Below are positions 1 to 8,206 of a stretch of 28,379 nucleotides of DNA, piece after piece. Origin of the DNA: an uncultured Actinomycetes bacterium (GTDB lineage Bacteria; Actinomycetota; Acidimicrobiia; Acidimicrobiales; Microtrichaceae); assembly GCA_903930035.1 (NCBI GenBank), contig CAIYXG010000470.1, positions 1-28,379 of the forward strand, read 5' to 3'. Each line of letters starts with the position of its first letter. Within the stretch, counting starts at the first letter, position 1. The notes below the pieces were generated by a model. The model did no database searches. It was not told the origin of the DNA and saw nothing but the letters and a program-made list of their open reading frames with translations. Position numbers and translations under genes: made by a program.

Positions 1-1
1 G

Positions 2-166
2 CCTGGCGCTGCCGGGACGCCGTCGACCTCGTCGACGTCGACCAGCACGACGACCACGTCGACCACCGTGGTGACCTACCCGAAGCCGCCCAAGTACCCG
101 TCGTACCCGACCTTCCCGACCTTCCCGGGCTTCACCGTGCCGACGTCGGTGCCCATCGTCCGGTGA
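2..166 (+). CDS. 3' end of a gene entering from the left; Ser/Thr/Pro-rich C-terminal tail (PGAAGTPSTSSTSTSTTTTSTTVVTYPKPPKYPSYPTFPTFPGFTVPTSVPIVR*)
   Basis: Frame starting at base 2 is open to TGA at 164-166 with almost all codons ending in G/C; it converges on hemG. The 5' part is outside the window. Confidence 0.6.
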   Translation, partial: PGAAGTPSTSSTSTSTTTTSTTVVTYPKPPKYPSYPTFPTFPGFTVPTSVPIVR

Positions 167-218
167 GCTGCGCTGCGCCAGCCGCAGCAGGACGTGCCGG
201 CGGGGCCGGCCGGCTGGT

Positions 219-1604
219 TCAGGCCAGCAGGTCCGACAGCTCGGCCGCCGCGCGGCGACCCGAGCCGATCGATGCGGGGATGCCGACGCCCTCGTAGGCC
301 ATGCCGGCCAGACGCAGATGCGGGAGGTCGACGGCGAGCGTCTCGGTGACCTGCCGGACCAGGTCCAGGTGGCCGGGCCGGTACTGCGGGAACGCGTCGG
401 TCCAGCGGGTGGTGCGCACGGCGACCGGGGCCGCCTCGATGCCCATGGTGGTCCGCAGGTCGCGGCGCACGGCGGCCAGGAGCTCGTCGTCGGTCGACGT
501 CCGACCCCGGTCGTCGCCGTCGTGGCCGACCGAGGCCCGCACCACCAGGTGCCGGCCGTCGTCCCAGTGCGCCCACTTCACCGAGCCCCAGGAGGCAGCG
601 GTGATGGTCGTGCCGGCGGCACGGGGCACGAGCATCCCGGCGGCGTCGAGCGGCCCCGGCACGTCGGCCCGGTCGAACGCCAGGGTCAGGAACGCCACGG
701 AGACGTGGTCCACCTGCGCAAGGAGCCGGGCGGCCGTCGGGCTCGCCGCCGCCAGCAGACGGCCTGCGGCCCCGGCCGGTGCGGCCAGGACGACGGCGTC
801 GGCCCCGAGCTGCTCGGACGGGGTGGTCACCTGCAGCCGGGCCCCGTCGGTCGCGAGCCCGGTGGCCGGCGTCGTAGTGCGGACCTGCACCCCGCGGGAC
901 AGGAGCTCCTCGGTGAGCCGCTCGACCAGCCGCTGCGAGCCGGCGAGCGGCGTCTGGAACACCGGCCCCTCGGCCGGGGCCACCTGGGCGGCCGACGCCT
1001 GCACGAGCGAGCCGCCCTGTGCCGCAGCGTCGGCCAGCTGGGGTGCCACCGCGCGCAGGCTCATGCGGTCCACGTCGCCGGCGTTGATCCCGCCGAGCAG
1101 CGGACCGACCAGCCGGTCGACCGTCGTGGCCCCCAGTCGCTCGCGGAGGAGCGGTCCGACGGCGGCGTCGCCCACGAGCGGCGGGTGGTCGACGGCGTCG
1201 GCCGCGACCAGCTCGGCCACGCCCTCCGGCCCGAGCACGGCAGCCACCTCGGGGTCGTCGGTCGCCAGCGGGACGCCCAGCAGCGTGCGTGCGGGCAGGA
1301 ACCGGAGCTCGCCGTCCACGAACACCTTCGCCCGGCCCACCGTGGGCGAGGTCAGCTCGTCGGTCAGCCCGAGCTCGGCACAGAGCGCCACGGCCTCGGG
1401 CCGACGGGCCAGGAAGGCGTCGGCCCCCTCGTCGACGCGCAGGGTGGACCCGTCGGGCAGGACCAGGTCGGAGGTGCGGAGCTTGCCACCGGTCTGCGGC
1501 GCCGGCTCGAGCACCACGACCTCGCGGCACACCCCGCGGCAGGTGGCCTCCCAGGCGGCGGACAGCCCGGCGACGCCGCCGCCCACGACCACCAGCCGGG
1601 TCAC
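219..1604 (-). CDS. hemG: Protoporphyrinogen/coproporphyrinogen III oxidase (HemY/HemG/CgoX family flavoprotein)
   Basis: C-terminal 461 aa of the 219..3314 ORF. Begins [17 protein letters not shown] (FAD-binding GxGxxG), then GGKL, DEGADAF, GINAGD and C-terminal GVGIPASI. The GTG start (1604-1602) overlaps the hemH stop as GTGA. Confidence 0.93.
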   Translation of the reverse strand: MTRLVVVGGGVAGLSAAWEATCRGVCREVVVLEPAPQTGGKLRTSDLVLPDGSTLRVDEGADAFLARRPEAVALCAELGLTDELTSPTVGRAKVFVDGELRFLPARTLLGVPLATDDPEVAAVLGPEGVAELVAADAVDHPPLVGDAAVGPLLRERLGATTVDRLVGPLLGGINAGDVDRMSLRAVAPQLADAAAQGGSLVQASAAQVAPAEGPVFQTPLAGSQRLVERLTEELLSRGVQVRTTTPATGLATDGARLQVTTPSEQLGADAVVLAAPAGAAGRLLAAASPTAARLLAQVDHVSVAFLTLAFDRADVPGPLDAAGMLVPRAAGTTITAASWGSVKWAHWDDGRHLVVRASVGHDGDDRGRTSTDDELLAAVRRDLRTTMGIEAAPVAVRTTRWTDAFPQYRPGHLDLVRQVTETLAVDLPHLRLAGMAYEGVGIPASIGSGRRAAAELSDLLA

Positions 1605-2518
1605 GGTCCGGCGAGCTCCCGGACCAGGTCGGCCAGCGTCGACATGACGGCCGGGTCGGCGTTGACCACGTCGGTGCGGGCAAAGGCCAGCCCGACCTCG
1701 TCGGCGACGGCCTTGGCCTCGATGTCCGGGTCGAACAGCACCTCGAGGTGGTCCGCGGTGAAGCCCTGGGGCACCACGACGATGCCCTCGGCGGTCCCGG
1801 TCGCCGCGAGCTCCCGGATGATGTCCAGGATGTCGGGCCCGCGCCACGGCTCCGGCGTGCGGCCCGCCGACTGCCAGCCGATGCCCCACCCGGCCCAGCG
1901 GTCCAGGCCCACCCGGTCGGCAATGGCCTGCGCCGAGGCCTCGAGCTGCTCGGGGTAGGGGTCGTCGACCAGGACGCGCTCGGGGAGCGAGTGCGCGGTG
2001 AACACCACCTTGGTGGCGTCGGGCATGCCCTCGAGCTGCGCGGCCAAGGACGCGGCCTGGTGCGCGACGTAGGCATCGGCCAGGTGCCACGAGTCCAGCC
2101 CGACGAACGGGATGCCGGCGGCGTCGGCCGACTCGGCGGCGCGGCCGTGGTACTGCCCCACGCTGAAGCCCGAGTAGTGCGGTGCCAGCACGAGACCGAC
2201 GATCTGCTCCACGCCACGCGCCGCCAGCTCGGCGACACCGTCCTCGATGAACGGCTCGGCGTGCTTCTGGCCGAGCGCCACCGTCCAGCGGCCCGGGTCG
2301 ACGGCCTCGAGGGCGGCGGCCACGGCGTCGAGCTGCGCCTGGGTGCGGGCCGCCAGCGGGGAGATGCCGCCGATGGCGTCGTAGCGGCGCTGCAGGTCTT
2401 CGAGCTGCTCGGGCTCGGGGGCCCGGCCCCGACGGATGTGCGTGTAGTAGGGCAGCACGTCCTCGGGCGACTTCGGGGTGCCGTAGGCCATGACCAGCAG
2501 GCCGGTGCGGGGACTCAT
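1601..2518 (-). CDS. hemH: Ferrochelatase (coproporphyrin ferrochelatase CpfC), Bacillus-type
   Basis: Motifs [54 protein letters not shown] overlaps the hemE stop (ATGA). Confidence 0.95.
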   Translation of the reverse strand: MSPRTGLLVMAYGTPKSPEDVLPYYTHIRRGRAPEPEQLEDLQRRYDAIGGISPLAARTQAQLDAVAAALEAVDPGRWTVALGQKHAEPFIEDGVAELAARGVEQIVGLVLAPHYSGFSVGQYHGRAAESADAAGIPFVGLDSWHLADAYVAHQAASLAAQLEGMPDATKVVFTAHSLPERVLVDDPYPEQLEASAQAIADRVGLDRWAGWGIGWQSAGRTPEPWRGPDILDIIRELAATGTAEGIVVVPQGFTADHLEVLFDPDIEAKAVADEVGLAFARTDVVNADPAVMSTLADLVRELAGP

Positions 2519-3582
2519 GCGTCAGTTCCTCCGGTGGGGCCGTCGACCGGCCCCTGCGCGTGGACCGTCTCGACCACCCGCTCGAGCACCGACGGGTCGG
2601 TCTCGGGCAGGACGCCGTGGCCCAGGTTGAAGATGTGGCCCCGCCCGCCGCCGCGCCGCAGCACGTCGTGGACCGCGGGCTCCGTGGCCGCCCAGCCGGC
2701 GGCGACGACCGCCGGGTCCAGGTTGCCCTGGACGCCGGTGCCCGCCGGGAGCCGGGTCCGGGCGGCGTCGAGCGGCGTGCGCCAGTCGACCCCGACGACC
2801 TCGGCGCCGGCGCGGGCCATGAGCCCGAGCAGCTCGCCCGTCTGCACGCCGAAGTGGATGCGGGGCACGCCCAGGTCGGCCACGCCCTCGAGCACCTTGG
2901 TGCTCGCCGGCAGCACGTACTGCTCGTAGTCGGCGGGGGACAGGCTGCCGGCCCACGAGTCGAACAGCTGCACCGCCGCGGCGCCGTGGGCCACCTGCGA
3001 CCGGAGCGAGTCCAGCGCCAGGTCGGCCAGACGGTCCAGCAGCTCGAACCAGAGCCCCGGGTCGGAGTGCATGAGGGCCTTGGTGCGCACGTACGTGCGC
3101 GACGGCTTCCCCTCGAGCAGGTAGCTGGCCACCGTGTAGGGCGCCCCGGCAAAGGCAATGAGCGGGACGGGCAGCTCGGCCACCAGGTTGCGCACCGTCT
3201 GGACCACGTAGGGCGTGTCGGCCTCGGGGTCGAGCGGCCGCAGCCGGTCCAGGTCGGCCCGCCCCGCGAACGGCCGTTCCACGACCGGGCCGATGCCGGG
3301 GGCGATGTCGACACCGAACCCGATCGCGTGGACCGGGGTCATGATGTCGGAGTAGAGGATCGCGGCGTCCACGCCGTAGCGGCGCACGGGCTGCAGCGTG
3401 ATCTCGGTGGCCAGGTCGGGGTCGGCGATGGCCCGGAGGATGGTCCCGGTGCCGCGGATCTCCCGGTACTCGGGGAGCGACCGGCCGGCCTGCCGCATGA
3501 ACCAGACCGGGGTGTGCTCGGTGGGCAGCCCGCGGCACGCGCGGACGAACGCCGAGCTGGAGTGGTCGGGGGTACCGGTCAT
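2515..3582 (-). CDS. hemE: Uroporphyrinogen decarboxylase
   Basis: [45 protein letters not shown] motifs. ATG at 3582; an in-frame GTG at 3585 is an alternative start. Confidence 0.97.
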   Translation of the reverse strand: MTGTPDHSSSAFVRACRGLPTEHTPVWFMRQAGRSLPEYREIRGTGTILRAIADPDLATEITLQPVRRYGVDAAILYSDIMTPVHAIGFGVDIAPGIGPVVERPFAGRADLDRLRPLDPEADTPYVVQTVRNLVAELPVPLIAFAGAPYTVASYLLEGKPSRTYVRTKALMHSDPGLWFELLDRLADLALDSLRSQVAHGAAAVQLFDSWAGSLSPADYEQYVLPASTKVLEGVADLGVPRIHFGVQTGELLGLMARAGAEVVGVDWRTPLDAARTRLPAGTGVQGNLDPAVVAAGWAATEPAVHDVLRRGGGRGHIFNLGHGVLPETDPSVLERVVETVHAQGPVDGPTGGTDA

Positions 3583-3675
3583 CACGGTCAGTCAACCACG
3601 CGAGGGCCGGTCCCTTCCCATGGGCCGGCCACGCCCCCCGTGGAGGTCCGTCCGGGGCCGTGGAAGGATCACCGC

Positions 3676-3939
3676 ATGCGACGCAGCATCGACGACGCCC
3701 CCGTGCCCGCCCCCGAGTCCGCCGAGGGCGGTGGCGACGACGACCTGACCAGCGTGAGCTGGTCCGTGGGGATCTGCGACGACTACGACGACGCCGGGCT
3801 GCGGGTGCAACTCACCGTGGAGGAGCTCGGCGCGGCCGGGACCGGCCTGGTGGCCCACTTGGACCCCGACGCCGCCCGGCGGCTGCGGCTGGCGCTGCGG
3901 TCGGCGCTGAAGGAGCTCGGCCAGGACCCCGGCGCCTGA
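3676..3939 (+). CDS. Small acidic hypothetical protein (87 aa)
   Basis: C-terminal part of ORF 2560..3939 (MRRSIDD...LTSVSWSVGICDDYDDAGLRVQLTVEELG...). GGAAGGA Shine-Dalgarno 7 nt upstream of the ATG; G/C-ending codons; fills the gap between hemE and helD. Confidence 0.7.
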   Translation: MRRSIDDAPVPAPESAEGGGDDDLTSVSWSVGICDDYDDAGLRVQLTVEELGAAGTGLVAHLDPDAARRLRLALRSALKELGQDPGA

Positions 3940-4068
3940 CCGGGGCGGGGCCGCCCGTGTGGCCCCGTCACGGTGTCAGGCGTAATGTGTCGGACCCCCT
4001 GCATCAGGGTGCTGCAGCGGTCGGGAGGGGCTCGGCCGGCACCTGACGGGCGTCGTTCCAAGGATCCT

Positions 4069-6183
4069 GTGTCGAACCATCCAGAGCTCGAGGCCGAACA
4101 GGCCTACGTCGACCATGCGTACGAGTGTCTCGAGGCGACCCGTCGGTCCATGGCAGAACTGCGTGACGCGGCCGAGGGCGGCGCGGGCGGCACCTTCCAG
4201 AACCGCCTCGAGCGCGACGTCGTCCACGAGCAGGTCGGGACCTGGCTCTCCCACCTGGAGTTCGGCGACCTGGCCCTGGTGTTCGGGCGGATCGACACGG
4301 AGCCCGTCCTCGACGGCCCCGACCCCACGCCCGACGGCGAGCGCTTCTACATCGGGCGTGTGGCCGTCTCCGACGCCCACCACGAGCCGGTCGTCGTGGA
4401 CTGGCGGGCCCCGGTGGCCGAGTCGTTCTACCGGGCCACCGGCGTGAACCCGATGGGGCTGCGCCGCCGGCGCCACTTCGCCAGCCGCGGCCGCACGGTG
4501 CTCGGCATCGACGACGAGCTGTTCGGGTCGGCCACCGCGGCGCTCGACCACGGCGAGATCCAGGGCCACGGCGCGCTGATCGCCGCGCTCGAGGAGTCCC
4601 GCTCCGGGAAGCTGTCCGACATCGTCGGCACCATCCAGGCCGAGCAGGACGTGGTGATCCGCTCCGAGCTGCCCGGCATCGTGGTGGTGCAGGGGGGCCC
4701 GGGCACCGGCAAGACCGTGGTGGCGCTGCACCGGGCGGCGTACCTGCTCTACTCGCACCGTTTCCCGCTGGCCGACCAGGGCGTGCTCGTGGTGGGCCCC
4801 AACCGGCTGTTCCTCTCCTACATCGAGCAGGTGCTGCCGTCGCTCGGCGAGGCCGGGGTGGAGATCGGGGTGCTCGGTGACCTGGTCCCGCACACCCGGG
4901 TGGTGGGGATGGACACTGACGAGGTGGCCCGCGTGAAGGGCGACCCCCGCATGGTGGACGTGGTGCGCAAGGCGGTGCGGGACCGCGAGCGTCCGCTGCG
5001 GGAGACACTGCGCGTGCCCTACGGCGTCCAGTACCTGACGGTGACGCCCGAGGAGTCGGCCGACATCGTGCGGCAGGCCCGCCAGCGGTCCCGGACCCAC
5101 AACGCGGGCCGCAAGCACGTCGAGGACCTGCTCTACCAGCGCCTGCACACCACGTGCCGTACCGACGACGACGTGGCGACCGTGCGGGACCGCTGCCGCC
5201 ACGACCCGCTGGTGCGCGAGGCGCTCGAGCGCATGTGGCCCGTGCTCACCCCGGCGCAGCTGCTCAACGACCTCTACGGCTCGCGGGCGCTGCTGCGGCT
5301 GGCGTCCACGGGCCGGCTGCGCGACGACGAGTGGCCCCGGCTCTTCCGCCCGCGCGTGAACTTCCCGGCCGACCCGGTGTTCACCAAGCACGACGTCCCG
5401 GTGCTCGACGAGGCGCTCGAGCTGCTGGGCCCCCGACCCCGCCACAAGGACGCCGATGGGGTGCGGACCTACGGGCACATCGTGGTGGACGAGGCGCAGG
5501 ACCTGTCGCCCATGGAGCTGCGCATGCTGGACCGCCGCTCGCTCAGCGGCTCCATGACCATCGTGGGCGACGTGGCCCAGGCCACCGGTGCGTGGCCGCA
5601 CGACACCTGGGACGACGTGCTCGACCACCTGCCGGTGCGGCGCGAGCCCCGGCGCTACGAGCTCACGACCGGCTACCGCCTGCCGGGGCCGATCATGGAC
5701 CTGGCGTCGCGCGTGCTGCGGGTCGCCGCCCCGCAGCTCACGCCGCCCACCTCGGTGCGCCACCTGGGCGACGCGCCCGTGCTGACCGGGACCGACGACG
5801 CCGGCCTGGACGTCGAGGTCGTCGCCGCCGTGCGTCGCGAGGTCGAGCAGGTGGGGTCGGGCAACGTGGCCGTCGTCGTGCCGGGCTCGATGGTCGACCG
5901 CGTGGGGGCCGCGCTCGAGTCGGCGGGGGTCGACCACGGCCGGGCCACCCGGCAGGGGCTGGACCGCCAGGTGATGGTGGTGCCGGTCGGCCTGGTCAAG
6001 GGCCTGGAGCTGGACTCGGTCGTGGTGGTCGAGCCGGCGCGGATCCTGACCGAGGAGTCGCGCGGGGCGCAGGCGCTCTACGTCGCCCTGACCCGCTCGA
6101 CCAAGCGGCTGACGGTGGTCTACGCGGGCGAGCTGCCCGACGTCCTCGAGGACCCCGCCCCCACGCTGTTCCCGACCGGCTGA
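4069..6183 (+). CDS. helD: HelD/HelR-like SF1 ATPase (RNA polymerase recycling factor family)
   Basis: YIGR...VVDWRAPVAESFY, IVGTIQAEQD, Walker A GGPGTGKTVVALHRAAYLLY, HIVVDEAQDLSPMELRML, VGDVAQ, KGLELD, LYVALTRST. GTG start at 4069 is chosen over the 3973 ORF start because family-like sequence begins there. Confidence 0.85.
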   Translation: MSNHPELEAEQAYVDHAYECLEATRRSMAELRDAAEGGAGGTFQNRLERDVVHEQVGTWLSHLEFGDLALVFGRIDTEPVLDGPDPTPDGERFYIGRVAVSDAHHEPVVVDWRAPVAESFYRATGVNPMGLRRRRHFASRGRTVLGIDDELFGSATAALDHGEIQGHGALIAALEESRSGKLSDIVGTIQAEQDVVIRSELPGIVVVQGGPGTGKTVVALHRAAYLLYSHRFPLADQGVLVVGPNRLFLSYIEQVLPSLGEAGVEIGVLGDLVPHTRVVGMDTDEVARVKGDPRMVDVVRKAVRDRERPLRETLRVPYGVQYLTVTPEESADIVRQARQRSRTHNAGRKHVEDLLYQRLHTTCRTDDDVATVRDRCRHDPLVREALERMWPVLTPAQLLNDLYGSRALLRLASTGRLRDDEWPRLFRPRVNFPADPVFTKHDVPVLDEALELLGPRPRHKDADGVRTYGHIVVDEAQDLSPMELRMLDRRSLSGSMTIVGDVAQATGAWPHDTWDDVLDHLPVRREPRRYELTTGYRLPGPIMDLASRVLRVAAPQLTPPTSVRHLGDAPVLTGTDDAGLDVEVVAAVRREVEQVGSGNVAVVVPGSMVDRVGAALESAGVDHGRATRQGLDRQVMVVPVGLVKGLELDSVVVVEPARILTEESRGAQALYVALTRSTKRLTVVYAGELPDVLEDPAPTLFPTG

Positions 6184-6187
6184 GCCG

Positions 6188-6853
6188 TCAGACGGTGACC
6201 AGGATGCGGTCGGTGGCGAAGGCACCGATGCCGACCGCCCGGCCCTCGATCTCCACCGTGGCGGTGCCGTCCGGCGAGATGCCGGTGAGCACCCCGGAGT
6301 GGCCGGGGACGAGCGAGTGCGCCTCCAGGAAGTCCAGCATCCCGGGCTCGAACTCGAGCTCCTCGGGGATGCGGGTGACCGTGAAGTGGGACCCCGGGGC
6401 GATGCCGCTCAGGGCCACTGCGTCGGGCGCGGCGTAGCCGGCGCCCGGGATGGGGTTGCCGTGCGGGCAGGTGGTGGGGTCGCCCAGGACCCGGGCAAGG
6501 GCCTCCTCGACCGGCTCGGAGATCACGTGCTCCCACTTGCCCGCCTCGACGTGGGCGTCGGCCCAGGAGAGCCCGAGCACGTCGGTCAGGAAGCGTTCGG
6601 CCAGCCGGTGGCGCCGGACGACCGCCTCGGCGAGGGACACGCCGGTGGGGGTCAGGCTGATGGTGTCGCCGACCGTGATCAGGCCCTCCGACTCCATGCG
6701 CCGGATCATCTCGGACACCGCCGGACGGCTGACGCCGAGGCGCTCCGCGATGCGGATGCGGATCACGTCGATGTCGTCCTCGCGGAGCTCCCAGATCGCC
6801 TCGCAGTACTCCTCGAAGGCGGGGTGGTACTCCCGTGACCGGTCGGTGCTCAC
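6188..6853 (-). CDS. DtxR/IdeR/MntR-family metal-dependent repressor with C-terminal FeoA(SH3)-like domain
   Basis: EEYCEAIWEL, HTH (IAERLGVSRPAVSEMIRRM), RRHRLAERFLTDVLG, WEHVIS, TCPHGNPIPG. GTG start at 6853. Confidence 0.9.
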   Translation of the reverse strand: MSTDRSREYHPAFEEYCEAIWELREDDIDVIRIRIAERLGVSRPAVSEMIRRMESEGLITVGDTISLTPTGVSLAEAVVRRHRLAERFLTDVLGLSWADAHVEAGKWEHVISEPVEEALARVLGDPTTCPHGNPIPGAGYAAPDAVALSGIAPGSHFTVTRIPEELEFEPGMLDFLEAHSLVPGHSGVLTGISPDGTATVEIEGRAVGIGAFATDRILVTV

Positions 6854-6860
6854 GGGTCGG

Positions 6861-6866
6861 AGTGTA
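6861..6866 (-). promoter_or_regulatory. -10 element (TACACT) for a leaderless transcript of the DtxR-family gene
   Basis: TACACT fits the actinobacterial TANNNT consensus and ends 7 nt before the GTG start. No Shine-Dalgarno is present. Confidence 0.6.
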
Positions 6867-6938
6867 CGACGTTGTCGGGCGGATCTCCGAGGGCTGTAGG
6901 TTCGGCCCCGCCACCGGCAGCACTCCAGGGGGACCCGC

Positions 6939-7787
6939 ATGACCGACCGCAACCGCCGCTTCGAGGACAAGGTCGTCTTCATCTCGGGCGTGGCCCGCGG
7001 CCAGGGCCGCTCGCACGCCGTCGCCTTCGCCAGGGAGGGCGCCCGGATCATCGGGTTCGACGCCTGCACCGACCTGCCCAACACGCCGTACCCGCTGGCG
7101 ACCGAGGACGACCTGGCCGAGACCGTCCGTCTGGTCGAGCAGGTCGGCGGTGCCATGCACGCCGTCAAGGCCGACGTCCGCGACCTCGACGCCGTGCGAC
7201 AGGTGCTGAAGGGCGGCCTCGACAAGTACGGCCGGCTCGACGTGATCCTGGCCAACGCCGGCACCTACTCGCCCGGCCCGACCCAGTGGCTCACCTCGGA
7301 GTCCTGGCAGGAGACCATCGACATCAACCTGACGGGCGTGTTCAACACGGTCCGTGCCGGGGTCAACCGGATGGTCGAGTTCGGCAACGGCGGGTCGATC
7401 GTCATCACCTCGTCCACCGCGGGCATCCGCGGGTTCTACGGCGCCCCGGCCTACAGCGCCGCCAAGCACGGCGTGGTCGGCTTCGCCCGGGCACTGGCCA
7501 ACGAGATGGCGCCCGTGAACATCCGGGTCAACACGGTGCACCCGACCTCGGTCAACACGCCGATGATCAACAACGACGTGTTCCCCCGCCTGGTGCGCAT
7601 GGACCTCGAGAACCCGACGTTCGACGACGCCGGCGAGTTCCTGGAGACCATGCAGACCATGCCGATCCCGTGGATCGAGGCCGCCGACATCTCGAACGCC
7701 ATCCTCTGGCTCTGCTCCGACGACGCCCGCTACGTCACCGGCGTGCAGCTGCCCGTCGACGGCGGCGCCATGCAGAAGTCGTCCTGA
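6939..7787 (+). CDS. Mycofactocin-associated SDR-family oxidoreductase (carveol dehydrogenase-like)
   Basis: ISGVARGQGRSHAV, family-typical GFDACTDLPNTPYPLATEDDLAET insert, NAG, YSAAKHG catalytic YxxxK, IRVNTVHPTSVNTPMI. AGGGGGA RBS 5 nt upstream. Confidence 0.9.
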   Translation: MTDRNRRFEDKVVFISGVARGQGRSHAVAFAREGARIIGFDACTDLPNTPYPLATEDDLAETVRLVEQVGGAMHAVKADVRDLDAVRQVLKGGLDKYGRLDVILANAGTYSPGPTQWLTSESWQETIDINLTGVFNTVRAGVNRMVEFGNGGSIVITSSTAGIRGFYGAPAYSAAKHGVVGFARALANEMAPVNIRVNTVHPTSVNTPMINNDVFPRLVRMDLENPTFDDAGEFLETMQTMPIPWIEAADISNAILWLCSDDARYVTGVQLPVDGGAMQKSS

Positions 7788-7819
7788 CCGTCCGCCACCA
7801 ACTACCAGGGAGTCCCACC

Positions 7820-8200
7820 ATGCCGACCGTCGAGCACATGCGTGACGTCGTGGCCCGCTACACCGCCGCCCACAGCGCCGGCGACGTGGACGCGGTGGCC
7901 GCGCTGTTCGCCACCGACGCCGTGGTGGCCGACCCGGTCGACGCGCCCGAGCACGTCGGCCGGGAGGCCGTTCGCAACTTCTTCGCCGGCACCCACCAGA
8001 TGTGCGACTCCATGGAGCTCGTGGCGACCGGGGCGGTGCGCGCCGTGGGGAACTGGGCCGCCGTGCCGCTCAAGGCCGTCACCAAGATCGGCGACCTGCA
8101 GCTCCAGGTCGAGATCATCTACGTCTTCACCTTCGGCGAGGACGGCCTGATCTCCGACATGCGGGCCTACTGGACCGCGGACGACATCCGCCCGGTCTGA
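7820..8200 (+). CDS. NTF2/SnoaL-fold protein, ketosteroid isomerase-like (126 aa)
   Basis: C-terminal part of ORF 6872..8200. MPTVEHMRDVVARY...GDVDAVAALFATDAVVADPV...MRAYW parallels Comamonas KSI, with Tyr14 and Asp38 at the same positions. AGGGAG RBS. Confidence 0.85.
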   Translation: MPTVEHMRDVVARYTAAHSAGDVDAVAALFATDAVVADPVDAPEHVGREAVRNFFAGTHQMCDSMELVATGAVRAVGNWAAVPLKAVTKIGDLQLQVEIIYVFTFGEDGLISDMRAYWTADDIRPV

Positions 8201-8206
8201 GGGGCG

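Noticed and set aside
167-218. Terminator between the left-edge gene and hemG
   Set aside because: Only short or interrupted GC pairings (CCAGCCG/CGGCTGG), at background level for this GC content.
1721-1740. Pro in ferrochelatase LFDPDIE, where homologs often have a non-Pro residue
   Set aside because: The position varies among homologs (B. subtilis has YDNDYE). It cannot be told from a base-call error without reads.
3940-4068. Rifamycin-associated element upstream of the HelD-like gene
   Set aside because: No match to the RAE palindrome is visible; only short GC hairpins.
6854-6938. DtxR/IdeR iron box in the divergent regulator/SDR promoter region
   Set aside because: No AT-rich 19-bp TTAGGTTAGCCTAACCTAA-like palindrome is present.
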